A stretch of DNA of 45,430 nucleotides, taken from a virus (lineage: Duplodnaviria > Heunggongvirae > Uroviricota > Caudoviricetes). The stretch spans positions 83,431 through 128,860 of IMG/VR virus record IMGVR_UViG_2920292642_000002. One strand, given 5' to 3'. Position 1 is the first letter of the stretch; each line of letters starts with the position of its first letter. Below the pieces are notes generated by a model that had not been told where the DNA came from, did no database searches, and saw only the letters and a program-made list of their open reading frames with translations. Both the position numbers and the translations under genes were made by a program. Of this stretch, positions 1 through 7,049 are shown in pieces.

Positions 1-94
1 CGCAATACCTTCTGGACCCGTCATAACAATGCATGTCATGGTGAATTGCCCGGCATGATTGTGCAAGCAATCGCAATGCATAGGGATAGCCTAC

Positions 95-117
95 GGACCG
101 CGCGCTAAGCGCGGTCC
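95..117. other. GC-rich hairpin
   Basis: GGACCGCGC (95-103) / GCGCGGTCC (109-117), a perfect 9-bp inverted repeat with a 5-nt loop. Confidence 0.7.
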
Positions 118-124
118 ACACTAC

Positions 125-156
125 AAAGGCCGAAAGCGAAAGCTTTCGGCCTTTTT
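125..156 (+). terminator. Rho-independent terminator
   Basis: AAAGGCCGAAAGC-GAAA-GCTTTCGGCCTTT: 13-bp perfect stem, GNRA loop, then a T run. The flanking A/T runs could make it bidirectional. Confidence 0.85.
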
Positions 157-195
157 GCTTGAATGTTTCGGAAAATTTTAGTCAACGTCGACGGA

Positions 196-310
196 GGGGA
201 CCCAAGGCCGTGGCCGGGGTGGGGTGGCCTACCGGCCCCTACTGTGTATGTAGTGGGTAACTAAAGTCGGAGGCGGACTTTAGCTCCGGGGACCCAAGGG
301 CCGGGGACCC
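196..310 (+). repeat. GGGGACCC direct repeats (x3)
   Basis: GGGGACCCAAGG at 196-207 and 288-299; GGGGACCC at 303-310. Confidence 0.7.
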
Positions 311-319
311 TTGCAGGGG

Positions 320-664
320 CTAGGCTTTATTGGCAGCCCTACGCACCTTGATGCGCTCGGCAAGCTCCTGTGGTGACCTCTTCGGCTTCGCCGGCTTGTA
401 GGGCCTCGCGATCGGCGTGAGTTCACCTTCAGCCGGCGCGACATCGGGCAGAGGTTCCCCTGCCCGCTTCAGACCGCAAAGTGCCTCCAGCGCCAGCGCG
501 AAGGTTTTGGGCACTGGGACCTTCACCGTCATGTAGCGGTAGATCAGCGACAGGTCGCAGCCTAGCAGGTCCGACATCGGTCCGCGCCATTGCGGACCGA
601 ACAGGAACTCGCCCTTTGCCTCCAGATCGGCTGGCGAGAGGAAGGATTCGACGCGCTTGCTCAT
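320..664 (-). CDS. putative HTH DNA-binding protein
   Basis: LFGPQWRGPMSDLLGCDLSLIYRY resembles small phage XRE/Cro-like HTH proteins; basic C-terminal tail; ATGA overlap with the upstream gene. Confidence 0.55.
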   Translation of the reverse strand: MSKRVESFLSPADLEAKGEFLFGPQWRGPMSDLLGCDLSLIYRYMTVKVPVPKTFALALEALCGLKRAGEPLPDVAPAEGELTPIARPYKPAKPKRSPQELAERIKVRRAANKA

Positions 665-1008
665 AGCTGATCCATCAGGCTCTTGTCGCCCCAGATGAAC
701 AGGACATCACCGACAAGCACGTCCAGATGTTGCCTTCTCGGATTGAACCCCTTCCCCTCAAGGCCGCGATACCAGCGCAGGGTCGCCTCGCGGTTTAGGT
801 CCTTCTGCTTCCGCTTTCCGTCCTCGTCGCAAAATGCCACGCACTTGTGGATCGTGCCGTCGTGCTCGACCAGATCGAGAAGCGGAACGACCTCGATGTA
901 GCCGCCCACGGCGGTTTGCATAAACTTCAGGTCAGGCGTCCGGTCGACCCAATCGCGAGTTTCGACCTCGCCAGTGGTCTTCACAGTCAGCGTTGTCAGT
1001 TTTGCCAT
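661..1008 (-). CDS. DUF3846-like phage protein
   Basis: LKFMQTAVGGYIEVV...FCDEDG...LNREAT...LVGDVLF pattern. Start moved to the ATG at 1008, which has a GAGGA SD upstream. Confidence 0.7.
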   Translation of the reverse strand: MAKLTTLTVKTTGEVETRDWVDRTPDLKFMQTAVGGYIEVVPLLDLVEHDGTIHKCVAFCDEDGKRKQKDLNREATLRWYRGLEGKGFNPRRQHLDVLVGDVLFIWGDKSLMDQL

Positions 1009-1094
1009 GTCTGGTCCTCGGTTGAGGCTCCAGTGATATTGCATCTTGCACGAATTGCAACAGAAATTTTCGCACTGGTGTTTGCAACTTTTGC

Positions 1095-1123
1095 TTGACA
1101 CCATGACAGCGTTTCTTTACCGC
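1095..1123 (+). promoter_or_regulatory. sigma70-type early promoter
   Basis: TTGACA(1095-1100)-N17-TACCGC; same architecture as the promoter at 4587-4615. Confidence 0.65.
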
Positions 1124-1169
1124 TTTGATCACTGGCGACCAAATCTCCTTATAGGGCCAGCGACAGAGG

Positions 1170-1210
1170 GCAGGCGCGGAGGAGTTCAGTTCCTTGTACT
1201 CCGCGTCTGC
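1170..1210 (+). other. 12-bp leader hairpin
   Basis: GCAGGCGCGGAG (1170-1181) pairs with CTCCGCGTCTGC (1199-1210), with one G-U pair. Confidence 0.6.
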
Positions 1211-1219
1211 ACTCAACCC
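1206..1219 (+). repeat. TCTGCACTCAACCC motif, copy 1
   Basis: Exact 14-mer also present at 2489, 5765 and 41014. Confidence 0.9.
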
Positions 1220-1241
1220 GCTCCCTTGAAGACTACCGCCA

Positions 1242-1305
1242 TGAAGTTTTGACGACTTGAAGTCGTGAAGTTTTGAAGACTTGAGGGCCTGACAACTAGA
1301 GGGCT
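1242..1305 (+). repeat. tandem array of 8 degenerate octamers (TGAAGNNT-like)
   Basis: TGAAGTTT TGACGACT TGAAGTCG TGAAGTTT TGAAGACT TGAGGGCC TGACAACT AGAGGGCT. Confidence 0.8.
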
Positions 1306-1331
1306 CCACAACATGAGGCTGACTGGGGACA

Positions 1332-2108
1332 ATGGCTGTAGGGGCAATCAGGATTTCGGAAGATGTGCTGCGCGTGTTGAGTGCAGCGGAGATCACTGGC
1401 AATGCACTGGCGCTGACCGGCCAGCTTGACCGCAAGCTCTACGAGCAGACCAACAAGGTGCTCGATGCCGCTGGCGGGAAGTGGAACAGGAAGGCCAAGG
1501 CGCATCTCTTCGACGGTGACGCGGCCGAGGCCATCGAGCCGATCATTCTGACTGGCGAGTACACCCGCACCAAGCAGGAGTTCGGCCAGTTCGACAGCCC
1601 GCCCGATGTCGTGCGCCGTGTGATCGAGCTTGCCGATATCCGGCCGGGCATGCTGGTTCTGGAGCCATCGGCCGGCGTCGGCAATCTGGCTCTCGCCGCC
1701 CACCACGAGGGTGGAATCGTCACGGCATGGGAGATCGATCCCAATCGTTTCGACAAGCTGAAGTCGCTCGACATCTGGAGCGAGACCGCCTGTCCCGTAC
1801 TTGTCGACGCCCTCCAGCAGGACCCATATTTTGAATACGCGGAGCGGTTCGACCGGGTCGTCATGAACCCGCCGTTCGCTCGGCAGGACGACATTCGACA
1901 CGTCATACATGCCGCCAATTTCCTGAAAGACGGCGGGAGACTGGTCGCGGTCATGTCCGCTAGCGTCCTGTTCCGCGACAATAAACTCACGACCGATTTC
2001 CGGGCCTTCGTCGAAGCGTGTGACGGAACGATCGAGCGCCTGCCGGAGGACTCCTTCAAGGAAAGCGGCACCTCCGTGAACACCTGCGTCGTGTCCTTCA
2101 ACGTCTGA
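1332..2108 (+). CDS. SAM-dependent amino (m6A/m4C) DNA methyltransferase
   Basis: Motif I-like LEPSAGVG, acidic WEID, and catalytic VVMNPPF. Confidence 0.85.
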   Translation: MAVGAIRISEDVLRVLSAAEITGNALALTGQLDRKLYEQTNKVLDAAGGKWNRKAKAHLFDGDAAEAIEPIILTGEYTRTKQEFGQFDSPPDVVRRVIELADIRPGMLVLEPSAGVGNLALAAHHEGGIVTAWEIDPNRFDKLKSLDIWSETACPVLVDALQQDPYFEYAERFDRVVMNPPFARQDDIRHVIHAANFLKDGGRLVAVMSASVLFRDNKLTTDFRAFVEACDGTIERLPEDSFKESGTSVNTCVVSFNV

Positions 2109-2115
2109 GGTCCCC

Positions 2116-2292
2116 GTGATCTTCGTCAAGCTCAAAAGCACGCTGACCTTGTGGGAGGAGACGGTCCAGCTACCGACTGTCCCACGCGTGGGCGAACGTC
2201 TCAAGCTCGTAGAGGATTCACACTTGAGGACGGTCACCGAGGTCGTGTGGGAGCCGAACGCTTCCCCGCGCGTCACCGTTTTCTATCGCTGA
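2116..2292 (+). CDS. 58-aa hypothetical protein (below the ORF-track cutoff), paralog of the next gene's N-terminus
   Basis: GTG start 5 nt after GAGG; translates as MIFVKLKSTLTLWEETVQLPTVPRVGERLKLVEDSHLRTVTEVVWEPNASPRVTVFYR. Confidence 0.7.
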   Translation: MIFVKLKSTLTLWEETVQLPTVPRVGERLKLVEDSHLRTVTEVVWEPNASPRVTVFYR

Positions 2293-2299
2293 GGTCCCC

Positions 2300-2758
2300 A
2301 TGCTCGTAATCATCGTAGAGCGCTTCCCCGAAAAAGGCGTCGCCAATTTCACGGGCATGAACCTGCCCGCCGTACCACGTGTCGGCGATCTGGTAGCGCT
2401 CAATGAGACCATGAAGATGGTCGAGAATGTGGCGTGGGGCGACGGCCTCGATCCTCAGGTCTATGTCAAGGACCAGCCGGCCGAGCCGTCTGCACTCAAC
2501 CCAGACGCCGCCCAGTTGACCGGTGCCAAGGTCCTCAATCTAAAAATGCCCGGCAACGACGCCGACGCCGAGACGATCAGGGACTACCTGAAAGCTCTGC
2601 TCAAAGCCTTGTGGGCTGAGGGCGAGGGTTTCAGTGGTAAGCGTCCGTTCGGCAATTCCGGCTGGGAGTACGATCTGTATCAAGTGCTCGAAAAGATCGG
2701 GTTCACTGATCGGGCCGTGCAGAACGCCTTCATCTTCGAAGCCATCAAGGCCCTGTGA
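2300..2758 (+). CDS. hypothetical protein, two-domain (PRVGD domain plus FSGKRPFGNSGWE domain)
   Basis: GAGG SD; fills the operon; typical codon usage. Confidence 0.75.
   Translation: MLVIIVERFPEKGVANFTGMNLPAVPRVGDLVALNETMKMVENVAWGDGLDPQVYVKDQPAEPSALNPDAAQLTGAKVLNLKMPGNDADAETIRDYLKALLKALWAEGEGFSGKRPFGNSGWEYDLYQVLEKIGFTDRAVQNAFIFEAIKAL
2489..2502 (+). repeat. TCTGCACTCAACCC motif, copy 2
   Basis: Exact copy inside a CDS, read as S-A-L-N-P. Confidence 0.9.
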
Positions 2759-2765
2759 GGTATCC

Positions 2766-3053
2766 ATGATCGTCGTCACCAAGGACACTGAACTGGAAAA
2801 CGATCTGGTCCTCAAAATGGGCCAGAATCTCGACCCTGCCGTCGTGCAGGCTGCTGGCTCCGTGTCGGCCGCGATCAGCCTGAAGCGCATCGCCGACGTG
2901 CTGGATGAGTTCAGACCGGCGTTGAAGATCGCCAACATGATGGTCAACCAGATGATGGAAGAGGCCATGAAGGAGGCGGCGGATGCCGCGCTGAATCGGA
3001 TGAGTGCAGAGATCACCAAGGGAGGAAAAGGTGAAAGCGTCCAAGCTGATTAA
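2766..3053 (+). CDS. hypothetical protein
   Basis: ATG at 2766 after TGAGGTATCC; helical protein MIVVTKDTELEND... Confidence 0.7.
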   Translation: MIVVTKDTELENDLVLKMGQNLDPAVVQAAGSVSAAISLKRIADVLDEFRPALKIANMMVNQMMEEAMKEAADAALNRMSAEITKGGKGESVQAD

Positions 3054-3210
3054 GCTCTTGGAGGAAGAGATCAAGCGCCACGGTGATCTGGAGATCGTCG
3101 GCGGATACATTTCCGACGATCGCCCGCCGCGTCGGATCGCTCCGGTCACTGACTTCGGCTACGAGCCCAAGCCCGGCGAGAAGGCGTCCGGCTTCTTTCT
3201 CGAAAGCTGA
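3031..3210 (+). CDS. hypothetical protein
   Basis: GTG start after the GGAGG SD; MKASKLIKLLEEEIKRHGDLEI... Confidence 0.65.
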   Translation: MKASKLIKLLEEEIKRHGDLEIVGGYISDDRPPRRIAPVTDFGYEPKPGEKASGFFLES

Positions 3211-3214
3211 GCCC

Positions 3215-3475
3215 ATGCAGAGCGTTCGAGAATGGTTGAAAATCGTCAACGTCTGCTACGGCAGCCTCGACGACTTCCCCGACGCACGAACCGTCCGCAT
3301 CATGCGCGGGCAGGCGCTCAACTACATCGCCACGCAAGATCGCGTCATGGGCGAGATCAAGGACGACATCGGCCGCGCCGAGTATTTCGAGACCTTCGCC
3401 GCCGACATCTCCGAGGCCAAGAACCAGCTTGAGAAGCTGGACGACTGGCTGGCCAAGCGCGGACTGACGCCGTGA
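3215..3475 (+). CDS. hypothetical protein
   Basis: ATG 4 nt after the previous stop; GTGA overlap with the next gene. Confidence 0.65.
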   Translation: MQSVREWLKIVNVCYGSLDDFPDARTVRIMRGQALNYIATQDRVMGEIKDDIGRAEYFETFAADISEAKNQLEKLDDWLAKRGLTP

Positions 3476-3987
3476 GTGACGCCGCTCCATACGCCAAAGG
3501 CGACCGCGTGAAATTCCTTTGCGACGGAAAACTGGCGACCGTCCGGCAATGCTGGAATGCGGTAGGTGGCTGGCGCGTCCTCGCTCAAGTCGATGACGAG
3601 CACCACACCCCGCATAAGGGTATGCGAGATTTCATGGCGACCGGCGTCGAACTCGCGCCGAACGTCACCTGCGACAACCATAGGAATCCTCCCATGAAGA
3701 CCGAACAGATCACCGTAGACCTCGGCAAGGCGCTTCAGCAGTTGCAGTCCGATCCGTCGCTTGCGGACAAGATCACTCAGATCGTCGCGCCGATGATCCC
3801 CGACCTGATGAAGAATGATGCTCTTCTTATCACTCAGCTTCAGACCGAGGTCGCCCAACTACATCAGCGCTTGAAGGAACTGACCGAAGACCGTGATCGC
3901 CTGATCAATAAATGCAATCACCTGACGGAGCAGGTCGAGCGTGACCTTGACCGCGTGCGCTGGGACGCCAACCCGAGGCCGCTGTGA
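3472..3987 (+). CDS. hypothetical protein (beta-barrel-like N-terminus, coiled-coil C-terminus)
   Basis: GTGA overlaps at both ends; heptad pattern in LQTEVAQLHQRLKELTEDRDRL. Confidence 0.7.
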   Translation: MSDAAPYAKGDRVKFLCDGKLATVRQCWNAVGGWRVLAQVDDEHHTPHKGMRDFMATGVELAPNVTCDNHRNPPMKTEQITVDLGKALQQLQSDPSLADKITQIVAPMIPDLMKNDALLITQLQTEVAQLHQRLKELTEDRDRLINKCNHLTEQVERDLDRVRWDANPRPL

Positions 3988-4244
3988 GTAGACTTAAAAC
4001 ACTGCTGAAGGAAGTCGTAGAGCGCATTAGCTTCAAGCTCGCTCTACCCGACTATCCGACGCTCCACAACGTCGAGGAGTGTGTCGGTATCTTCGCACGT
4101 GACTACTCGATGTTCACCGACTTCGTCCACGTGCGTCGAGTCCACTTGAAGCGCTTCAGCATCGTGCGCCGCGAAGAGTTTTTGATGACGCGTCAAGATT
4201 TTCTGACACTTTATGGCAACAGTCGCTGGAGAAAACTGTCGTGA
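3984..4244 (+). CDS. hypothetical protein
   Basis: Coupled by GTGA overlaps on both sides. Confidence 0.6.
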   Translation: MSRLKTLLKEVVERISFKLALPDYPTLHNVEECVGIFARDYSMFTDFVHVRRVHLKRFSIVRREEFLMTRQDFLTLYGNSRWRKLS

Positions 4245-4546
4245 GCACTCATCCAGTTGACCGCGTCCTCGACGGCTGGTTTGGTGAGAGCGTTGAAGAC
4301 GCCGAAGAGGGCCTTCGGCGTCTAAAATTTCTTTACCAGCCGTTGCGCGACATGTTCGACAAGAAGAGACCGGAGCAGCCGGTCAAGTATGAGTTCCGGG
4401 TCGAGATGCGCAGGCTGCCTCTCGATCTTCTTGCCGAGGCCCTGACCAAGGATTCCGCCGCAGGCTGGCAGACCGTCTCCGTCACCACCGATTGGACCGG
4501 CAAGTCTCTCGTGTCCGTCGTCACACAGCAGCGCCGCGCCGGCTGA
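4241..4546 (+). CDS. hypothetical protein
   Basis: GTGA overlap; last gene before the promoter at 4587. Confidence 0.65.
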   Translation: MSTHPVDRVLDGWFGESVEDAEEGLRRLKFLYQPLRDMFDKKRPEQPVKYEFRVEMRRLPLDLLAEALTKDSAAGWQTVSVTTDWTGKSLVSVVTQQRRAG

Positions 4547-4574
4547 CGGGCGTTCCTAACTTTTTGCGCCGTGA

Positions 4575-4615
4575 GTCCAGAAACGCTTGACAGGCAGTTA
4601 AGGCTTTCTTACCGT
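4575..4615 (+). promoter_or_regulatory. sigma70-type promoter overlapped by the hybrid palindrome GTCCAG-N5-CTTGAC
   Basis: GTCCAG(4575-80) AAACG CTTGAC(4586-91); TTGACA-N17-TACCGT. Confidence 0.7.
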
Positions 4616-4636
4616 CAGGCAAATTGTGAGGGTGAA

Positions 4637-4840
4637 ATGTTCGCTTTCCTGACCAGACACCAGTACGGCCTCGCACTCGCCGCAGCCATCGTCGCCTTCT
4701 TCGTATTCGCCACGCCAAGCTCGACGGTGACCGGCGTCCTGCTGTTCCTCCTGCTCTTGGCGGTCGCGATCTTCGCCCTGCTCAAGCGGGCCGGTGGTGA
4801 TGACGACTGGTGGACGCCGGGTGGCCCGAGCCCACTCTGA
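4637..4840 (+). CDS. small two-TM membrane protein
   Basis: Two hydrophobic stretches; GAGGGTG SD before the ATG at 4637. Confidence 0.7.
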   Translation: MFAFLTRHQYGLALAAAIVAFFVFATPSSTVTGVLLFLLLLAVAIFALLKRAGGDDDWWTPGGPSPL

Positions 4841-4854
4841 TTTCCGAGGACCCT

Positions 4855-5682
4855 ATGAGCAAAGAGCCAATGGCTCCAGCCTATCTGGAGCACATCAACC
4901 ACCTCACCCGCACGACCATGTTCATGGAGAACACCCGCGTCATGCTGCGGCGATCTGCCGAGTTGCTGGAGAGGTCGAAGATTGCCCTCCCCGATGACGG
5001 CCAGCTTCGGGCCGAGATCGAGGCGGAGCTTGCCGCCCTGCGCAAGACCGGCATGATCCCGCACCCGGCACCTGACTGGTCGAAGCTTGCTTCTGGTGGA
5101 CCCGTGTCGCCGCCGCTGCGAACGCCTAAAGAGCCGGCCGTTGTCTCGAAGCCAACGGCTGCTGAGATCGTCAGCGTCATGATTTTTCGACTGCGCAGCG
5201 ACAAGCGGATGCCACACATTCCCAGCAACGATGGTTGGGACGATCTCCTGCCGCTGCGCGAGCGTTTTGCGGAAATCCTTGAGGCCGAGAGGAACAAGGC
5301 CGAGCAGGCGGTCATCAAATACACCCTACGGACGTATTTTGTCGGCCGCGTCACGGCTTCGATCACGCCGTGGGAGCGCGACAACTCGTTCTCCCACATC
5401 AGCGCGGGCTCGATCCATGAACTGGTGAGGTGGACCTTCTCCTCGGTTGCCGACTCCACCCAGCCCTATCCGATCGACGGCGGGTTGAAGGAGCAGGTCC
5501 GCGTGCCCGAGGCGGCGCAGTCGGCGTTCGAGACAGTACGGCGCGAACTGGAAGAGAAGGCCAAGCAACATATTGCCGAGGCCCAGCGCCGCGAGATGGA
5601 GCGTCGCGAGACGCTGCCGTTCGATCCGAACGCCAAGGGCGAGCCCTACACCGAGGCTGAGATTCGCGAGATGACTTCGTGA
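4855..5682 (+). CDS. hypothetical protein
   Basis: GAGGA SD before the ATG at 4855; 275 aa. Confidence 0.7.
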   Translation: MSKEPMAPAYLEHINHLTRTTMFMENTRVMLRRSAELLERSKIALPDDGQLRAEIEAELAALRKTGMIPHPAPDWSKLASGGPVSPPLRTPKEPAVVSKPTAAEIVSVMIFRLRSDKRMPHIPSNDGWDDLLPLRERFAEILEAERNKAEQAVIKYTLRTYFVGRVTASITPWERDNSFSHISAGSIHELVRWTFSSVADSTQPYPIDGGLKEQVRVPEAAQSAFETVRRELEEKAKQHIAEAQRREMERRETLPFDPNAKGEPYTEAEIREMTS

Positions 5683-6101
5683 AGCTCTGCACCCACCATC
5701 ACTATGGCTGGCGCTCGCACAGCGCCGGCATGGAGCCCTTCGACGAAGCGGCGCTGATGTCGGCTCTGCACTCAACCCACACTTTCCTCAAGCACTACGA
5801 AGGAAAGTACCGGGCCGAGATCGTGAAGACCCCGCAGTGCAACTTCGACGGACAAGTCATCGTCTACTGGGATAGCGACGAGGTCAAGCAGCTTGTCGGC
5901 CGCTCGTTTCTGAGCAAGGGCGACCACTGGTTCAAGGCCTTCAACTTCAACTTCGTCGACGACTTCGCCTGCCGGTACTGCGGCGGGACCGGCGTCGACC
6001 ATTACAACCCATTAGTCTTCTGCTGGAACTGCGACGGGACCAAGAAACAGGTCCGCACGACTCGGCCGCGAGACTACGAGCCGATCAGGAGGCCAGTGTG
6101 A
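5679..6101 (+). CDS. hypothetical protein with C-terminal CxxCxGxG...CxxCxG zinc-finger-like motif
   Basis: CRYCGGTG...CWNCDGT; GTGA overlaps. Confidence 0.7.
   Translation: MKLCTHHHYGWRSHSAGMEPFDEAALMSALHSTHTFLKHYEGKYRAEIVKTPQCNFDGQVIVYWDSDEVKQLVGRSFLSKGDHWFKAFNFNFVDDFACRYCGGTGVDHYNPLVFCWNCDGTKKQVRTTRPRDYEPIRRPV
5765..5778 (+). repeat. TCTGCACTCAACCC motif, copy 3
   Basis: Exact copy inside a CDS in a different frame (A-L-H-S-T-H). Confidence 0.9.
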
Positions 6102-6448
6102 CCACGTCCTTCGTCAACATCGTATTCGGTCCACCGAAGGTTGAGAACGGCGTTGTCGTCGTACCCTTCCGGATCAACCTCACGGACGACATCGCAGAGG
6201 GTCCGGTCGACGAAGTAATCACCGCGTCCAACGGATTCGCCCTGACGCTCCAGACGATTGCGAAAGGTCGTGACGCCATCCGCGACTGCGTCGAGGAATG
6301 CTTCGAGGAGCGCCGACATGATTGGGGTGCGATCACATTCAACCGCTACCGCGACGCCATGGTCGAGCACCTTACCACACTCGATCTCAGCAGATTTGCG
6401 GCTCCGCAATGGGCCTCGGCCCATCCTCAGCATCCAAGAGTGCAATGA
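6098..6448 (+). CDS. hypothetical protein
   Basis: GGAGG SD; coupled overlaps. Confidence 0.65.
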   Translation: MTTSFVNIVFGPPKVENGVVVVPFRINLTDDIAEGPVDEVITASNGFALTLQTIAKGRDAIRDCVEECFEERRHDWGAITFNRYRDAMVEHLTTLDLSRFAAPQWASAHPQHPRVQ

Positions 6449-6597
6449 TGTACGACGAAGTAGACCTCGACGAAGACGCGCTGCCGATGGCTCCGCCCGA
6501 CATCTGCGGATGTTGCGGCGATCCCCTGCCGCTCGATTGCGAATCTCCTTTTTGCGAGGAGTGTGAAGAAAATCTGGACAAACTCGATGCACATTGA
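6445..6597 (+). CDS. 50-aa acidic zinc-ribbon-like protein
   Basis: MMYDEVDLDEDALPMAPPDICGCCGDPLPLDCESPFCEECEENLDKLDAH; ATGA overlap. Confidence 0.6.
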   Translation: MMYDEVDLDEDALPMAPPDICGCCGDPLPLDCESPFCEECEENLDKLDAH

Positions 6598-6712
6598 TGT
6601 CCTGACCCTCCTCGAAGCGGCCGTCGTGGTGATCAGCCTATCGGCGATCGGCGTCTGCGGAGCCGTGGCGCTTCGCGAGCAGATGCGACGGGTGAATATC
6701 AAATGGACCTGA
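6587..6712 (+). CDS. 41-aa single-TM protein
   Basis: MHIDVLTLLEAAVVVISLSAIGVCGAVALREQMRRVNIKWT, translated by hand; fills the gap with overlaps. Confidence 0.55.
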   Translation: MHIDVLTLLEAAVVVISLSAIGVCGAVALREQMRRVNIKWT

Positions 6713-6834
6713 CGCATTGGGCAGTCTTCCTCGCGGCCGTCGCTTGGGCCGTGTGGGTGCGCCGGCTTTGGTTCTCGAAACCAGCCAAGGATGACCCACC
6801 GCAGTGGTGGATGATCAAGGGGACAATCCGATGA
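6703..6834 (+). CDS. 43-aa single-TM, Trp-rich protein
   Basis: MDLTHWAVFLAAVAWAVWVRRLWFSKPAKDDPPQWWMIKGTIR; ATGA overlap with the next gene. Confidence 0.55.
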   Translation: MDLTHWAVFLAAVAWAVWVRRLWFSKPAKDDPPQWWMIKGTIR

Positions 6835-7043
6835 CGTTCACACTTTCTATCGACTGGTGGCTGCTGCCGCTGGCTGCCTCGGTGGCGGTCTGGATTTGGT
6901 TCTTCGTGGCGACCGCTGGAGAGAACATGAGAGGGTACGGCGGAGACATCGTCGGCCTGATCTGCGGCGGATTGGCCGTCGTCATCACCCTCACGGTCTG
7001 GCTGCTCTACTGCATCTATCTGATGGTGTCCGGCAGCCCGTAA
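6831..7043 (+). CDS. two-TM membrane protein
   Basis: MTFTLSIDWWLLPLAASVAVWIWFF...GLICGGLAVVITLTVWLLYCIYL. Confidence 0.7.
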   Translation: MTFTLSIDWWLLPLAASVAVWIWFFVATAGENMRGYGGDIVGLICGGLAVVITLTVWLLYCIYLMVSGSP

Positions 7044-7049
7044 TCACAG

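Noticed and set aside
1296-2276. 326-aa and 220-aa minus-strand ORFs over the methyltransferase
   Set aside because: The + strand ORF has complete MTase motifs; these are shadows.
4192-4208. GTCAAG-ATTT-TCTGAC as another palindrome copy
   Set aside because: The spacer is one base short and the right half mismatched; it lies mid-CDS with no -10.
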